DNA from: Balanoglossus misakiensis
Taxonomy: Eukaryota; Animalia; Hemichordata
Length of the DNA: 64,000 nt
Direction of reading: 5' to 3'
NCBI GenBank assembly: GCA_040954595.2
Contig: CM082580.2
Span: 8,100,390-8,164,389, forward strand
Numbering within the stretch: position 1 is the first letter of the stretch; each line of letters begins with the position of its first letter. A program made the translations under genes and the position numbers. Under the pieces are notes generated by a model. The model was not told where the DNA came from and did no database searches. It worked only from the letters and a program-made list of their open reading frames with translations. This document shows, piece by piece, positions 26,961 to 44,186 of the stretch.

Positions 26961-29439
26961 TGCAAGATCACATAGCTGCGTCTAGGCTGGATTCTTCACC
27001 CTTGACAGAAAATCTGCGAGAGTAAAAACAGAAGATGTAATTTGAAAACAGTTTCACCACTGTGGTAGTAGATTCACGGCACTTTGTTATGATCTAGTCT
27101 ATGACAACATATGTGGCACAACATATACATGGTGTGTCATTTTGACTGCTCAATATCAAGCAGCATCCCGCTGTCTTACAAAATGTTACCTTTGGAAGTG
27201 TATCATCGAATCTCAGACAAGAAAACTTAGCCGCCACACTCTGGTGCATCATTCAGCATACACCGTCAGCTGTCGCGCGACTTTCGACCTCAAAAAAGTT
27301 TAAGAGATTTGTGGCATATTCAGCCAAACCGGGGTTATTGGCCTGAGGAGGCAATTCTGCAGCGTACAAAACCTCCCACTGCATGTTCTTATAACACGCA
27401 GGAGTAATTTGAAACAACTCGCCCAAGAATGCACGGCTTGACCTTTGACCCGACGGTTGTAACTCATCCCCCAGCGCCTAAACACTCGTCAGATTATTTA
27501 TAGGAAATCACCCTACATTCTTCTGTCATTTAATATTTCGCAGTGCTATGGAATCCTCGAGACAGCGCCAGAACTAGTATATAAACACTCCAGTTTTTTT
27601 TTTTACAGGCGCTGACATGTTTCTGCTGTCTGGGTCTCTCTGGCACTCAAGTGTCTACTATACCTGCAGCTCCATTTCACATCAGTGAGTGTACATGTAT
27701 CTGAGTCTACAGTGTACATTCAACCATAGGTAATAGATAACACCCATCAAGACTTCACTCTAAACAAATTTGCATGCACTTTTGTTGAAATGAAGGCATA
27801 ATTTAGAATACATGCATACAGTGAAGACACAAGTTGGGCATTGCATGTGACTTTAGTGTGTACTTTCCGCGAGTCTCTGAGTTCGAATTTTTCTCATCTC
27901 CACTGCATTACAGCATAAATGTACAACTAAAAGGGAACTGTCACTAACTCCTGATATAAAAGTTATTTACACTGGGGTTTTCCCTTATTTTCACTATTTT
28001 AAGTTGCTCAGCCTATCTTTTGAAAAATGCTGAACAGAAACAGCAGCTAGAGATCGAATTAGTCGTGTGTATTGACGTAACAGGTACTCAAGAATGCTTC
28101 AATGGTCATTCACCGTGTACAGCATGAATTGTGTCACTGACGTCACGTATGCGTACCGAGGTATATCCTTTGTCGTTTTACCGACAGGTACACATGACTA
28201 CGCAGTAAAAGCTTTACGTAATATCCGCAAGTAGGTCGTTGACAGTGCAGTTGTATTACACACTGGTTTTTACAGAGTGGTGGATAATTATATGAAACAC
28301 ATTCAAGTAAAGAGCAAATGCATGTATCGTTCAACCCGAAGAAAAGAGACATTTAGTGACTTTGAGTGTTTGAACTGCATTTAGTTTCAGTACGAAATTG
28401 TTTCGTGACAGCGATGTTTTTAAAAGAACACTCAAACTGTCACTCAAGTTGATTATCACCATGGTGACAAAATACTATTCTCATCTGAGATGCTTTAATT
28501 CGTGAAGCGTTTTGGGTTATATACATTATCAAAACAAACAGGTATTTATATTTATTTATAATGTTGCAATGGGAATACAAGTTCATGATTTCAGAATTGT
28601 AGGTACCAGTACATCTGCCGGCCAAGGACTAGTTGTTTTACATTCACCCAAAACTGCAGGTCAAATGATGCTCGTGATGGAGAGATCAGTGACACATCAC
28701 CATCAGCTGTGCTGCCAAGTCTGGTAACATCTGATCAAGATTTAGGAAAATGTTGTTTTATTTTACCTTCAGGTATAAAATAAATAAAAATTTGATGAAA
28801 TTTAAAACCAGAATTACAACGTAGTTCAAATTTCTGAACATACCCAGTGAAACTAAGAGAGAACTATTTCAGATCTGTATCCGGTTTTTCGGTGCTGTTG
28901 GACCACATTTTCATTGATTGACATCAGTTATAATGCCTTTACACATGTGCATTGTCGAGCCTCTACGACAGAAAAATGTGAAATTACACACACGTCACTA
29001 CACCACTATGCTCCATGCACGTCCTACAGACCATTCTCATAACAAGGCAATGACATCATTTCTTTGTGTACCTTCCCAAACTATGCTGAGGCCAAACTTT
29101 AACAAAGAAACACATGACCAGAGAGGCGTTGGTACACTGAATGACGACAATAATTTCCGAATCAAAAAGACCGATGAACTACGCGGTAGGCCTACATTTA
29201 AAGTCAGTCAGGGACATGAGAATTAAGGACTCTATAACCTTTCATTAGTTTCAGAAAAAAAAAACTAAACTCCAAGGGAATGTTACTACAGCCAAAACCC
29301 GGTCAGCTTAGCGATTTATTTGCTCTTGTTGACAATTTTAATGAAATTGGTCGCAGACTGTATTTCAGGTGACGACAAGATGTTTCAAAACTACTGAACA
29401 AAAGAGACAGATATTGATCAAATTATCCTAAATGTTTTA

Positions 29440-30840
29440 TTTTTAAACACAAATATGAAATGTGAGTACACTGTAGCAATGATACTTGGCGAAAACATGA
29501 TGAGCGATAACAAAATTAACTGAAAAAGCGTGTGAAATGCGTGATTTGACTAAAGTGAGCGACTGCACGTTCACAGGTCTGACACAAAGAGAGCAATTCT
29601 GCGTCATACATGTCTGAATGGGGGCATTTATTTCTCCAATACAGCGAACGTGTCTTCCCAATGAAATATACAGGCCGAGTCTGACACACTGGCCTGATTG
29701 TGGTAAGACTGTACAGTTGTAAGGCTGAGGGATCTCTCAAGATTGGCAAATTTACAACCACACTCACTTGTAACTTATATGTCACTACAGTAACAGTCCC
29801 GTACCCATCTATCACTAGTTCAAGTTCATCCAAAATCAGACTATAATTGTGGGCCAGTACAGGGTGGGTGTAACTAACAACCATTTTGTGCTTCTGAGAA
29901 CGCTGCCACACTCTGACAGATTCCATTAAATGGGCAATAAAACATTTATTGCCGGGTGATCTTTCCCTTAGCATAAAACAGTCGTCAAAGTTACCGTTTA
30001 TATGTACATGCAAGGTTGACATGTGTGGCTATTGAGGCCAGTCAGCAGAACTTCAACAAAAAAATGCACTTCCACTTTGTGAAATACATGCAGTGGATTT
30101 CAAATCATTAGCGCAGTGACATTGACCTCTGCCTAAGCTGACAACCTTGACTGACTCTGAAAGCAACGACCCGATGAAAGCGTAGCTGCAGGTCGGATCA
30201 AATTCACTACTAAATATGACAGAAGTCTCAGAAATATGATTCACACAAGAGGTTCATTTTCTCAAAGATGATGACAAGTTGACTGGAGCACTGAAAGGGT
30301 TCATAAGTGGCAGAACAGTTCTAGAGAGCTGGGCTACATGGGCTACTATTACCTGGTGATCTGTCTAGCGCTGAAGTAAGACACACAGCCCTGCTATGCA
30401 GAGCTAGTACAGGTTTGGTGCTGAGTCCCCATCAGGCTTAAAGTTAACTGGGGCAGCAATATCTCAATATCTGAACAAGGAACTCATGAGAAATGTGTTG
30501 TAAACGCAATGATCGTGTCTGTCAGCGCTGGGCCACCATGTGAGGTCAGTGGTCATGAATACGATATGATACATGTACAACCAACCAAGCAAAAATTTAC
30601 TCAAACTGTTAAAACACCACATTTCCAACCCATTCATCACACACCAAGCTTTACAGCAAGGAGACAGAGAATAATAAACTGATCTGGACGATAATTCATA
30701 ACTTGGTAAGCACGCTGCCAAAGCACGATTCAGTCTACCGACACAATGGCGACACTGGGATATGTTGGCAATGTTGCAGAGATCCACTGACTTGGGGGAG
30801 TACTTTGCTGTCAAAGAGATTGGCAACTTCAAGGTCCTAC
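29440..30840 (-). pseudogene. Decayed env-like (Gypsy/errantivirus or baculovirus-F-like class I fusion glycoprotein) relic upstream of the GALNT11 CDS, probably in its first intron
   Basis: Fragmented minus-strand frames read, in order: SKFLLGWLYMYHIVF; SLRK*(TGA, possibly from CGA, i.e. an RKR furin-like site); AFIGSLLS (fusion-peptide-like); VVVNLPILRDPSALQLYSLTTIRPV; then a Cys-rich segment. Stops and frameshifts are present. No pol or LTR was recognised. Confidence 0.45.
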
Positions 30841-32641
30841 CTACGGAAAAGGGGAGGAAACTTCAGATAATGTACACACAATTGACCGCTGCATAAGAGA
30901 CTGCCATTCAAAGAAACACGTACAAGATCAGATTTACAACATGTCTGCCTCTGGGTCAGTTAATGACATGAAACTCAAGACGCTTTGTTCCAACTGATCT
31001 GTAAGTTCAGAATTTCCACCTTGAAATCTGATATGATCCTACAAGTACACCATACCATGAAGGGAGGACGGAAGTTCAAATTCAATCACGTACTGTGATT
31101 GATTTTCAGTTACATGTACTAATGATTCACATCAGACACAGACAGAGGATGTGCTCGGTCTTTTACACTTCTTCATACTTCTGTCTGTCCTAAGCTCTCA
31201 CGGTCCCCGGGGACCGGCCTATGCCCACAAAGGATAAGACAACGAGCAAGCCACTAAGCCAGGCCAAATCCCTCACAGAGAAAAACAGCAAAAAATGGGC
31301 AAAAATTCAATCATAAGCTCAACAAGACAGTTGTGTTCTACACCAGGGGGTGTTCGCAGTCAATTAGTGAATATTTACGATGAAACTAAACAGAACTGCT
31401 GAACTCTACCCAATCTGGTGTGATGAAAGGAATTTGATTTGCATTGTATACATGATCAGTTTTCCAACAACAAAATTTCCCTAGCACTGGACATGAACAT
31501 CTTGTTGAGTAATTTTAAAACAATTTATGCAGAAGGCCGGTGTTATCCTAGCTAGTAGTAGTACCAGTCGCTACAAACTGGGACACACTACTATAAACCG
31601 ACAGGCTATCAGACCTGATATGTTAGGGGTCAAACCACAACAACCTTTAACTTAATGATAAGGGTCCTTGTAGAGTATTGTGGTCGCTGGTCAGTTATTA
31701 GATTGTGACTGATCGGTGTTGTCTGCTGCCATATCAAAAACAGCGTGGTATGATTGTAGCGTGACTATGAGTGGACACTCCCCTCCAGTCTAAGTCGGTT
31801 CATATCCAAGGTCTTTTGCTGATGTCAACGACATGCATTATGTTTTATGTGAATGCAACTTTCATCGGCATAGTGACAAGTTTCTACTACAATCATATAA
31901 GATCTGCTGAACACAACAAAGGGTCATTTTCACAATTAACATCCATCTGCCACAGATAAAAATCTCATTTGTATTCGCTCATATACGCTACACATTCATG
32001 TTTCTGGTGGCAAATTTGGTTGTATTTTGAGGTGTACATTTCATTCACGTCATTGCCAAATTGGTACATGGTGCGTCCGGTCTGTGAGTGAGCTGATTAA
32101 CCGCGACTGTTATTTCCGTCAAGTTCGTCAGTTTATACAAGGATGCAAGGCTCGAAGCTTCGTGACAGACGACACGACCTCAACCAGTAACAGGGAGACG
32201 GGAAGCGGGCGAGGAAATATGACAACAAAGCAACGTGTACTCCCTTGGTCCGAGGTGTCAATAGCAGTTGACACCTCTGTCAATACAATTATGCAATGGG
32301 ATAATAACGGTCTTTGACGTTGAATGAAATATTGTCCCCACTAGATGACCCATATTTTTAGGTTTGCCAATATTTTGAAGGTACTAAATTGTAGATTCTT
32401 AGCGAGGCGACGCAGCTAACGTCATTTAATTAACAGTTCAAAACGACCGGTGCGCGGCCAACGAAACGCCGGGTGTCAAAGCTACAGTACACAAATGTTC
32501 AACTGGAGATTTCTCGAAAAGTGCCTCTTCGATTTTCCGAACTGTCGCCCAGTGGATGTGTAACAGTTTAAACAAGGGGGAAATTGGTTTAAATCGATAC
32601 GATATCCGACAGTTAGCAAGATATAAGAGGAAAGTACCCAC

Positions 32642-32760
32642 CTGAAATATAACATGTACGTGTATCGCCGCCATTATTTTCAGTCTGCAGCTCAGACAGG
32701 ATGGACGAAACCATTTTCATCCGGTGTCCTCATCAGGCTAGGCATGCGCACGCGGTGATC
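32642..32760 (-). promoter_or_regulatory. Probable GALNT11 promoter / non-coding first exon
   Basis: Minus-strand donor ATTTCAG|GTGGGT at ~32641, a YY1-like ATAATGGCGGCG at ~32666-32677 and an NRF1-like GCATGCGCA at ~32742-32750. A matching acceptor (ctcgcag) lies at ~27013, just upstream of the ATG. Confidence 0.5.
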
Positions 32761-33308
32761 ATCCTATTTACGGTAACGACGGTATTTGCGACAACCCAAA
32801 GACACTTCCAATTCAAGTCTCAATTCAGTTATTCTGTATAAATGCTATGGCTGATAAAATAAAATAAAATGTATGCACATAAGGGACACCCTCATTTGAT
32901 GCCTGCGGGTCCAGCTCAACATTGGACCATGCCATTTTATGACACGTATAATGCAATTACAGAGAGGAGAAAAAAATGACCTGAATGACCGCTAACAGCC
33001 AGCCAATGAGCCAACGAGTCAACGATTCACACCCAACGTTTTTCCATATTTGGCAAATTGAACACTTTCCAATCCAATGAGGATTATGAGCACGATAGCC
33101 ATCGAATTTTATTTCATTTCACTTTATGGTTTATTTTACTTTTAAAATATTCGCTTACATCATTTTGACTAAATCATTCTGTTTTGGCACATCAAAAATT
33201 AACGCGATGACATCACCGAATACTAGGAACCATGAAAACCACGTCATCATCCGTATGACGTAAAAAAAGCCAAACGCGTCATGTGTTGACACGAGTTGAG
33301 CCCAGCAC

Positions 33309-33311
<3 letters not shown>

Positions 33312-33387
<76 letters not shown>
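33312..33387 (+). repeat. (CT)n microsatellite
   Basis: Pure CT run of ~76 bp. Confidence 0.97.
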
Positions 33388-33389
<2 letters not shown>

Positions 33390-33640
33390 ATGATTTCTAC
33401 TGTTCACATAATGCAATAAAGTGTTGACTCCTATGGGAGAGTCTGAAATATGATTCTTAAGGAACTTTCAGTTGTTATATATGGAGTGGGAACGCTGTGA
33501 TCAACTTCCTTCAAGTCAGAACACAGAGGGCGTCGTGCGTGACTCTAAGGTTGGCAGCAGGGTGTTACAATGCAGATTTTGAAATTACGCTATGCTTTAG
33601 TCACAACGGGAGAAAATCGTCCAAGACAACAAACACGTCC

Positions 33641-33856
33641 TTGATTGATTGATTGATTGATTGATGGATGGATGGATGGATGGATGGATGGATGGATGGA
33701 TGGGTATATGGATGGATGTCCTTGATTGATTGATTGATTGATGGATGGATGGATAGATGGATGGATGGATGGATGGATAGATGGATGAATGGATGGATGG
33801 ATGGATTGATTGATTGATTGATCGATTAATTGATTGGTTGATTGATTGATTGATTG
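33641..33856 (+). repeat. Compound (GATT)n/(GATG)n tetranucleotide repeat
   Basis: Alternating TTGA and GATG blocks, apparently duplicated once (GTCCTTGATTGATT occurs twice). Confidence 0.95.
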
Positions 33857-35863
33857 ACGCGAGAAAGCATCGGGAGTTGGCAAGAGGCAGAGAAAGTCAA
33901 CCGTAAAGTTAGTTTTAAACCAATGCAAAAGAAGGAAGGCAGAAATGAATGTTCGACCATTCAGAATAAACTTTTATCTTCTCAGGGCAGCAAATCCGAT
34001 TATTCTAAGTTTAATATACTGATTCTATCCTTCAATGCAATTACTGAGAGGCGAGGTGAGTTATTTTTAGTTCGTTCTTGGCACCAATATTATCACTACC
34101 ATTATGTCCCCTTCAGAAAATGATCAAACATGGAATAAAAATAGAATGTATTATTTTTTCAATTATTCTTTGCACTATATGGCGCATCTGAGTCTGGATT
34201 AGACACAAACTATACTGCGTGATACGAATAAGCAAAGAGCTAGCCGTGCTGTTGTAGGGACTTGGAAACTCCTCTCAACTTAAACTCAAGCCACTAAAGT
34301 TCAGCTCATTTAAAACTGTTAATAATTCTCAAACGAAGGCGTGACAAAATCTTTCCATTTTTTTGTAGCAAATTACTGAATTTGGAAGTGTGTTGCCAGA
34401 AAAGACTGTTTGTGTTGTTTTTCGTGGTTCTGGTGCATTTAATATACGGATGATGGCTCGACATTTACTGTTGAACAGAATAGACGTTATAACCTTCCAA
34501 GTGTACTAGTCTTTCAGCTCGATGACTGCTAATCCTTTTGTATTTTACAAAGAGGAATTTCAAATAGCAAATTACAGTAAAATTGTCTTGGAGTGTCGAA
34601 GAGACAAGTAGAACCCTGCATTCACCATGCTAATAACTCTGCATTCATTACTTGGTTTTATCAACGGGGCGGCGTTAAGACGCGACTGGTCTCGAAGGAC
34701 ATTCAAATCCAACTTGGAGTGTTCCGGGGCTATGCATATTATCCGCCTTCTATTATCAACACGTTCTGTTGTTAATTTTCTCGAGATGTTGCCTCGATTT
34801 GAAATTCAAAAGAGAAATTAACCCCGGGCAAATAAAGGTCTCCTACGATAAGAAATGACATTACTATGTAAGTTGCATTAGAGTCATCACAGCTGTTCTG
34901 CTCTCACTGTCCATCTATGCATCTCTCCGTCAATTTCACGCGCCACGATCACGTGATTTTCAGACCATATGCATTGAACATTTTGTTTAACGTTTCCAGA
35001 AAATATCGGTGCGGTGCTGGCACCGAATATATTTGAAACATAGGCGTACATGCACCTACAAGATTCACCATGGCAACTGGAGACAGTCACTCTCACCAGT
35101 CAAGCCCTGTTCATTATTCAGTCATATTACCACTCCACTTGGAAGAAACAGAAAGCAGGTATATACAATAATTTCTGTGATTTTCTTCAAGTTGTACATT
35201 TGTTCGTTTGTTCTCTTTTGAAGGATAGTACTGTATGGTCATCAAGCCAACGTCTGCGTACTCAAAAATGTTTACTCTACTGGACGATCAACCCCCGTTC
35301 TTACAGTCTACCACGCTCTTAATAACAAGTCTTAGGAATATTTTGGACGGTATCGATACCTGCACACCCGCGATGTCCGGGCGCGACAACAGTCTTTCCC
35401 AGCATAAAAAAGCATAAAGTAGCCCCTGTCAGACGATATGCGTTTCGCTTATTTTATCTGGCAGCTTCCCTGCAGAGAAAATGTGATGACCTGAATAGAA
35501 GTCCCAAGGGATTATGAATTATGAATTAAAACTTGCGTGACAACCCGAAGAATAAAGAAAGAGAGAATGAATTCTACCAGAAGGTCACCGGCCTACACGG
35601 CGAAGCTCTTGGTTCATTAGGAAGCATTTTATTGTGAATGCAAAACTGTTGAAGGCGAGGTCATCTTTCATTCATGAGACGAATAATGGTATGAACGCCG
35701 AGGTAGGGCCGTGGAATGAATGCTGAACATTTCACTCGCTTACTTGGTGACGTGGACGCAGGAGCGTAGGCCGGGAAAACTCAATCATGTTCTGCAAATT
35801 GTAACCGATCTGTATTTGTTAAAACTTTTGTGATTAATAGGGTGGGAGATAAAACTGGTAGAA

Positions 35864-39295
<3,432 letters not shown>

Positions 39296-39996
39296 AAGTA
39301 CACCATATCACGTGCTCAGCTTGAGTCGTGCACAGCAAACGTACCGGTCACGAGCAATCTGTTATCGATACACGTCGATGTTTTCACTTTTCCAGAAAAT
39401 TTCCATGAAATTCATAGAATTCCCACGTCGATTTGAAAAAATCAGGTCAATTCAAGCAATTGCACTGAAAATGTACAGGAAGTTAATTGTAGACCCAACA
39501 ACCTTTTTGGAAAGCAATTTTTCTCTGAGACTACATTTTACGAGTCAATTGTGAAATTATTTGTATAGTCAGTATATATAGTTGGTTGTTTTAATAGCCT
39601 ACAATAAAATGTTTGAATAATAAACAGCGCGCATGTCGAAACCGCGACTCTTGCTTGTTATATTTCATATTTAATAATCACGCAGTAATTATATGAAGCG
39701 TGACTACAGAGTACGAAAAACGCTGCGGTACTCTGGTTCTTTTTGGAATTTTCATTTAATTGCGTGAGTATATTTTCGTGAAAATATTAACTGCAATGAA
39801 TGCTAGCGTTATCAAGTACATGCATACCGGATGTGACCACATCAATATTTTTACTGCAAAGATATGAACAAAATAGACTGTAGATTACTTGGAAATCAAG
39901 TTTGATTGAATATAGAAGGTCCACTTTGAAGTCAAGGGCTCTTTTGAAGGTTTCATCGACGGTGAATTCGCAGATGACTGTGCGAAGATAAGTCAC

Positions 39997-40127
39997 TTAT
40001 GTTGTTCTGCTAAAGCTGAACTCACGTACTGTACACATGGACCGTTTGTGTTCGTGACATGTTAGGCTTAAATACAGTCGAGTCGGAGATCCTGCATATT
40101 ATACACATAGTTAGCAGAACAACATAA
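39997..40127. mobile_element. 131-bp MITE-like element with 17-bp perfect terminal inverted repeats
   Basis: TTATGTTGTTCTGCTAA (39997-40013) and TTAGCAGAACAACATAA (40111-40127) are exact reverse complements. Confidence 0.6.
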
Positions 40128-43100
40128 TAAATCTACTAAGAAATACGGAAATAATCAAAATAATACCAAAAGTGAGTGGCTTTGCCCCTCTAATGACAGA
40201 CGAATAGTGAATGCGATTTAGAGAAAAGTGCGTGGGTGAACTTCGCCTGGAGTGGCTTAGGAGTTTAAGTGAGTATTTAGCCGGGATATTGTTGCTTTAA
40301 ACACCGAAAACTATGGCTGTCATGACGAGAAAAATGCTGTTACTAGTACACTCTTGACATCTAACACGATTTGAATTATTCTGGGACAATTGCGCTCGGG
40401 TAACTGTGTACAACTCTCAACATGTTTGATCGTAGCCGAATTGCATTCTCCTCAGTGCAGCAAATACTACAGTAACTGTAAACGTTTTATAATATTCGTG
40501 TGCATTTATCCCAAAATAGTTCCAATCGTGTTTTATAAATACAACAAACGGGTCATTTGAAATGCTAATCATAATGCTTCGTGCGAATTTTATGTATTTT
40601 AGGATATTCAGATAGTGGACTCTGTGAATGCTGTCTGTTAATGTAACACGCAAGCTCTGAAAACTAATTGAAGTAAACTACAGATGCCAGCACCTGTGTA
40701 TTACCGGTATAGACGGTAACCAGTTGTCTCCATGACAAGCGAAGACTTCCATATTTCCCTGAAGTCAACTTTGACATTCAGATGTTGGATTTATGCTGCT
40801 TTTATGTCCTCCTCAAGCTCGGGGAGTAATTTTATCTGCTCATTTTCTCATTAAAACACAGGATACATTCTCAAATATTATATACCTCCGATGTGATCAT
40901 CTTCATCTGATCAATTGTATCCAGGATCTCGTTGACAAGCGCTTGGAGATTGTCCGCAATCTGCATGTGGCGTCGTTTGGAAGCTCTTAAACACGTTTAA
41001 TAATGTGCCTTTACTTATAGGTTGACAGATGCTGATCGCAGTCTTTGAAAGTTATATGGCAGGCTGTAACTATTACGGCGCACAGGTTGTCAGAATTAAA
41101 CCATTTCTGCTGATGGCGCTTTAAATACAATTACCCAGTTCTCGCGGGTTCAAGGTCGGGTCGCTTCACGAATGTCACTGTAACATTCATGGCTACTTCA
41201 CCAATCCAAATGGATAAATGCACTTCTACACTGAGTTAGCCTGGTCTCCATAGCCAGCGTGTTTTAGATAGACCCACACACAAGGACTATATCTAAAACA
41301 CACCGAGACCAGGCTAATATTGAGTACACAGTATGGATTGGCGAATTCGAAAACGAAAGGAAAGTCTTGTGTTGTGACTTGTTCGTAAATCATTCCAAGC
41401 GGGGTCTGTGGTGTGGACCACTGCCATATTAAGTCACGCTCGCAATTGGTAAAAAAAAACCGCACCCTAACTTCGAAGGAAAAACCACTGCCCTTGGCAA
41501 ATCACTAACGTGCCTGGGATTGGAAATGCCTGATTATAAATTAATTATCTACCGACCTAAAATATAAATCAAGTTACTATGTAAATTTAGCAGTGAGAGT
41601 TTTGCGAGCCGGTGTATCACATCTGACGAGCGTGGCATGTGGGGAGGGGGGGTTGCTAGTCCCCGAGTGGACCACATTTGTGGTGTAGATGTCAATGCGT
41701 TCTGGCATTGGCCCCGGATGAACAAGGGATTTCGCCCAGTTAAAAGTCCATCTATCAATGTAAAGTTAATCAGATAATGTTCCGCTGGCAATTTCTGAAG
41801 GCTTCGGGATCAGGTTTCCTCGGCGTCGAAAACTCTCTCTCGCGCCACGCAGCGATTTATCACCTATTAATGTCCCAGGGGGAATACGCAACTACGCGAA
41901 CGCGGCAGATACGCGAACTCTCGGTCAAGCAGGGTCAACCCCAGCAAGGATCTCATTCCTATCAGGCTATCAAAATATGGCCCCCTTAACACCCCCGGAG
42001 CAGGTCAATATAACTTCCCGTCCAGGTTGTTCTGCGTCAATGGGCGAATGCCTGGGGTAGAGGAATGGGAGATTAAATTCACTAAACAAGTCAAACGGTC
42101 TCGCAAAAGTAATGAAACGGACCAGTGGACTAGAAATTATTACGTCGGAGAAAATTGAAATTAAAATTTCGCCTCGATCTGAAATCGGTGGCGAGGCCCA
42201 GATGCATATATGCCTTCGCGACGTTGGTATTTTCACGTCGGAAATTGTAAAAAAAAGCATTCCAGTTGATTTGCACCTACATTTTGTACTTGACTATTTT
42301 GCTCGGGAAGGAAGCCCACGAAGAAAACGTGCGACAGACATTACCATTTGGTGACTACAAGACCGTGTTATATGTTTGTCATCATAATTGCGATGCGCCT
42401 GATGATTGCGTAACGAATAACGGTTAAAAATTAAGGGGCATTTTTGTCTAAACAAAGCGTGAAAAAAAATCAATACCTGTCTCGCATTAAAATGCAAATG
42501 GTTTTCCAAGGTCAAAACTGAAGCGTTAATTATTGGGGGTATATCGCAATCAAGCGACTTTTCTCGCTTGCTGAAGTGGTCTGGCCTTAATTGTCTCGAA
42601 CGTGGATGTGATACAGAAGGGGGGGGGTCGTCTCCGCATTCTGCCCACGGGAGAAAGCCAGATTTCCCCGGCAAATTAAATGGATTGTCCCGGACTCGAC
42701 TGGATCGTTTGATTGATCACTGTTTCACCAACATTTATAAACACTCTTTAAGCAATATCCACCACTCACTCAATACATAATGTAACAGTGGTGTGAGGAG
42801 AACAACCAACAACCAAACGCCGCTAGAGCTCCGCCACGTAACTGTACACATCTATTTAATAAAACACAGGTTTGGAAGTGGGATTGGTCCGCTATACTCC
42901 CGCTCACTCTGCTGCAAGGGACCCAGCCGCCCAATGCGAATTAGCTGCGAGTTGCCTTTTTTGCAAGGGAGACCAGCTTCACTGACCCTGCAGCTGCGCG
43001 GTTTTCGGACGGAGCGCTGAGTTCCCATGTCAGACAGAGATTGGCATCTCGTTTTCTTTCGTCTCACATCCATTCAGGTATGCTGCTATTTATTTTGTTA

Positions 43101-44186
43101 ATAATTACCTCCGCTGTTTTGGGCCGAAAAAAAATAACTGTGCGGGTAGAAAGCGACCCAGCCTCTGGCCGTTTAGCAGGCTTCATCGAGTGTGCATTAA
43201 AAAGCCAATAGTGGAAGCGACCAGAGTTACGTACACGCTTTTGGCATTTTTAGTACTTGACGAAACAGACCATAAAATATAGCCCCTCGCCCGCTCTACA
43301 ATTATTTCTGCTATCCAAATTGATGGCGGCTCGTGGATGCAACTGTGCCAGGACGACTCGTCTCCTTGATTGTGAACACAAAACACACACATCTACATGC
43401 GAAACATGAACTACCGAAATCAATGTGTAACATTAACAGTCTGAAAACACCGCGGACGAAAAAAGTACGATCAAGTAGGCGCCTTGTAACTCCTTGCGAC
43501 TATTAACAGCTGTGCAAAACGGCAAAGTGAGGATTTCCGAGAGGGAAACATTTACTATGTATGCCGGCTGCATCGACGCTGCAGTGAGTAATAGAGACAA
43601 GTAAATGGGGAATTTCGATTGAAAGTAATGCGCGCATCATGCGGTCCACTCGAGCCGTAAATACTATTTGACTTTTAACACGAAGCGAGACAGTCGTGGG
43701 TAAAGCATTTCGCTCTTGACACTGTTGTGGACAGCACCGTCTGTCGGGGCACCGGGAGGGGGGCGATGTCGTGAATAATTTATGAATGGGATAGCGGACA
43801 CTGTCTGATCGTTCAATAGTTGAACTTGTTGCGTTTGGAGTAGACCCCCGAACCGACAATTAAAACCCTGCAGAAATGTAGGCATCTCGAATAGACCACA
43901 TTATTTCTTCTACACGAATGCTGTAAATCACTCGGATGGCAAATGTAACCTATAGGTCTGACCATTTTCTTTTATGTCTGACCCTTTTTTGTGTTCTTTT
44001 GAGTCTTGTCTTTTGTTCGGCTGTTATTTATCCGCCTATCTATTTATTTTTTCCCACCGTTTTTAACGGTATAGTGACCTCGGGTGGCGTCACGTGACAA
44101 GGTGTAACTGTAAGCGTTTTTTCCAGAGAGGTGAAGGCAGAGAGTGAATGTTACGTACGTACGCGGTGGATTGAGACGCTGACGCG

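Noticed and set aside
33590-33928. ORF with SIHP/SINQ repeats (and the SL-repeat ORF 36560-36895)
   Set aside because: Translations of tetranucleotide and dinucleotide microsatellites.
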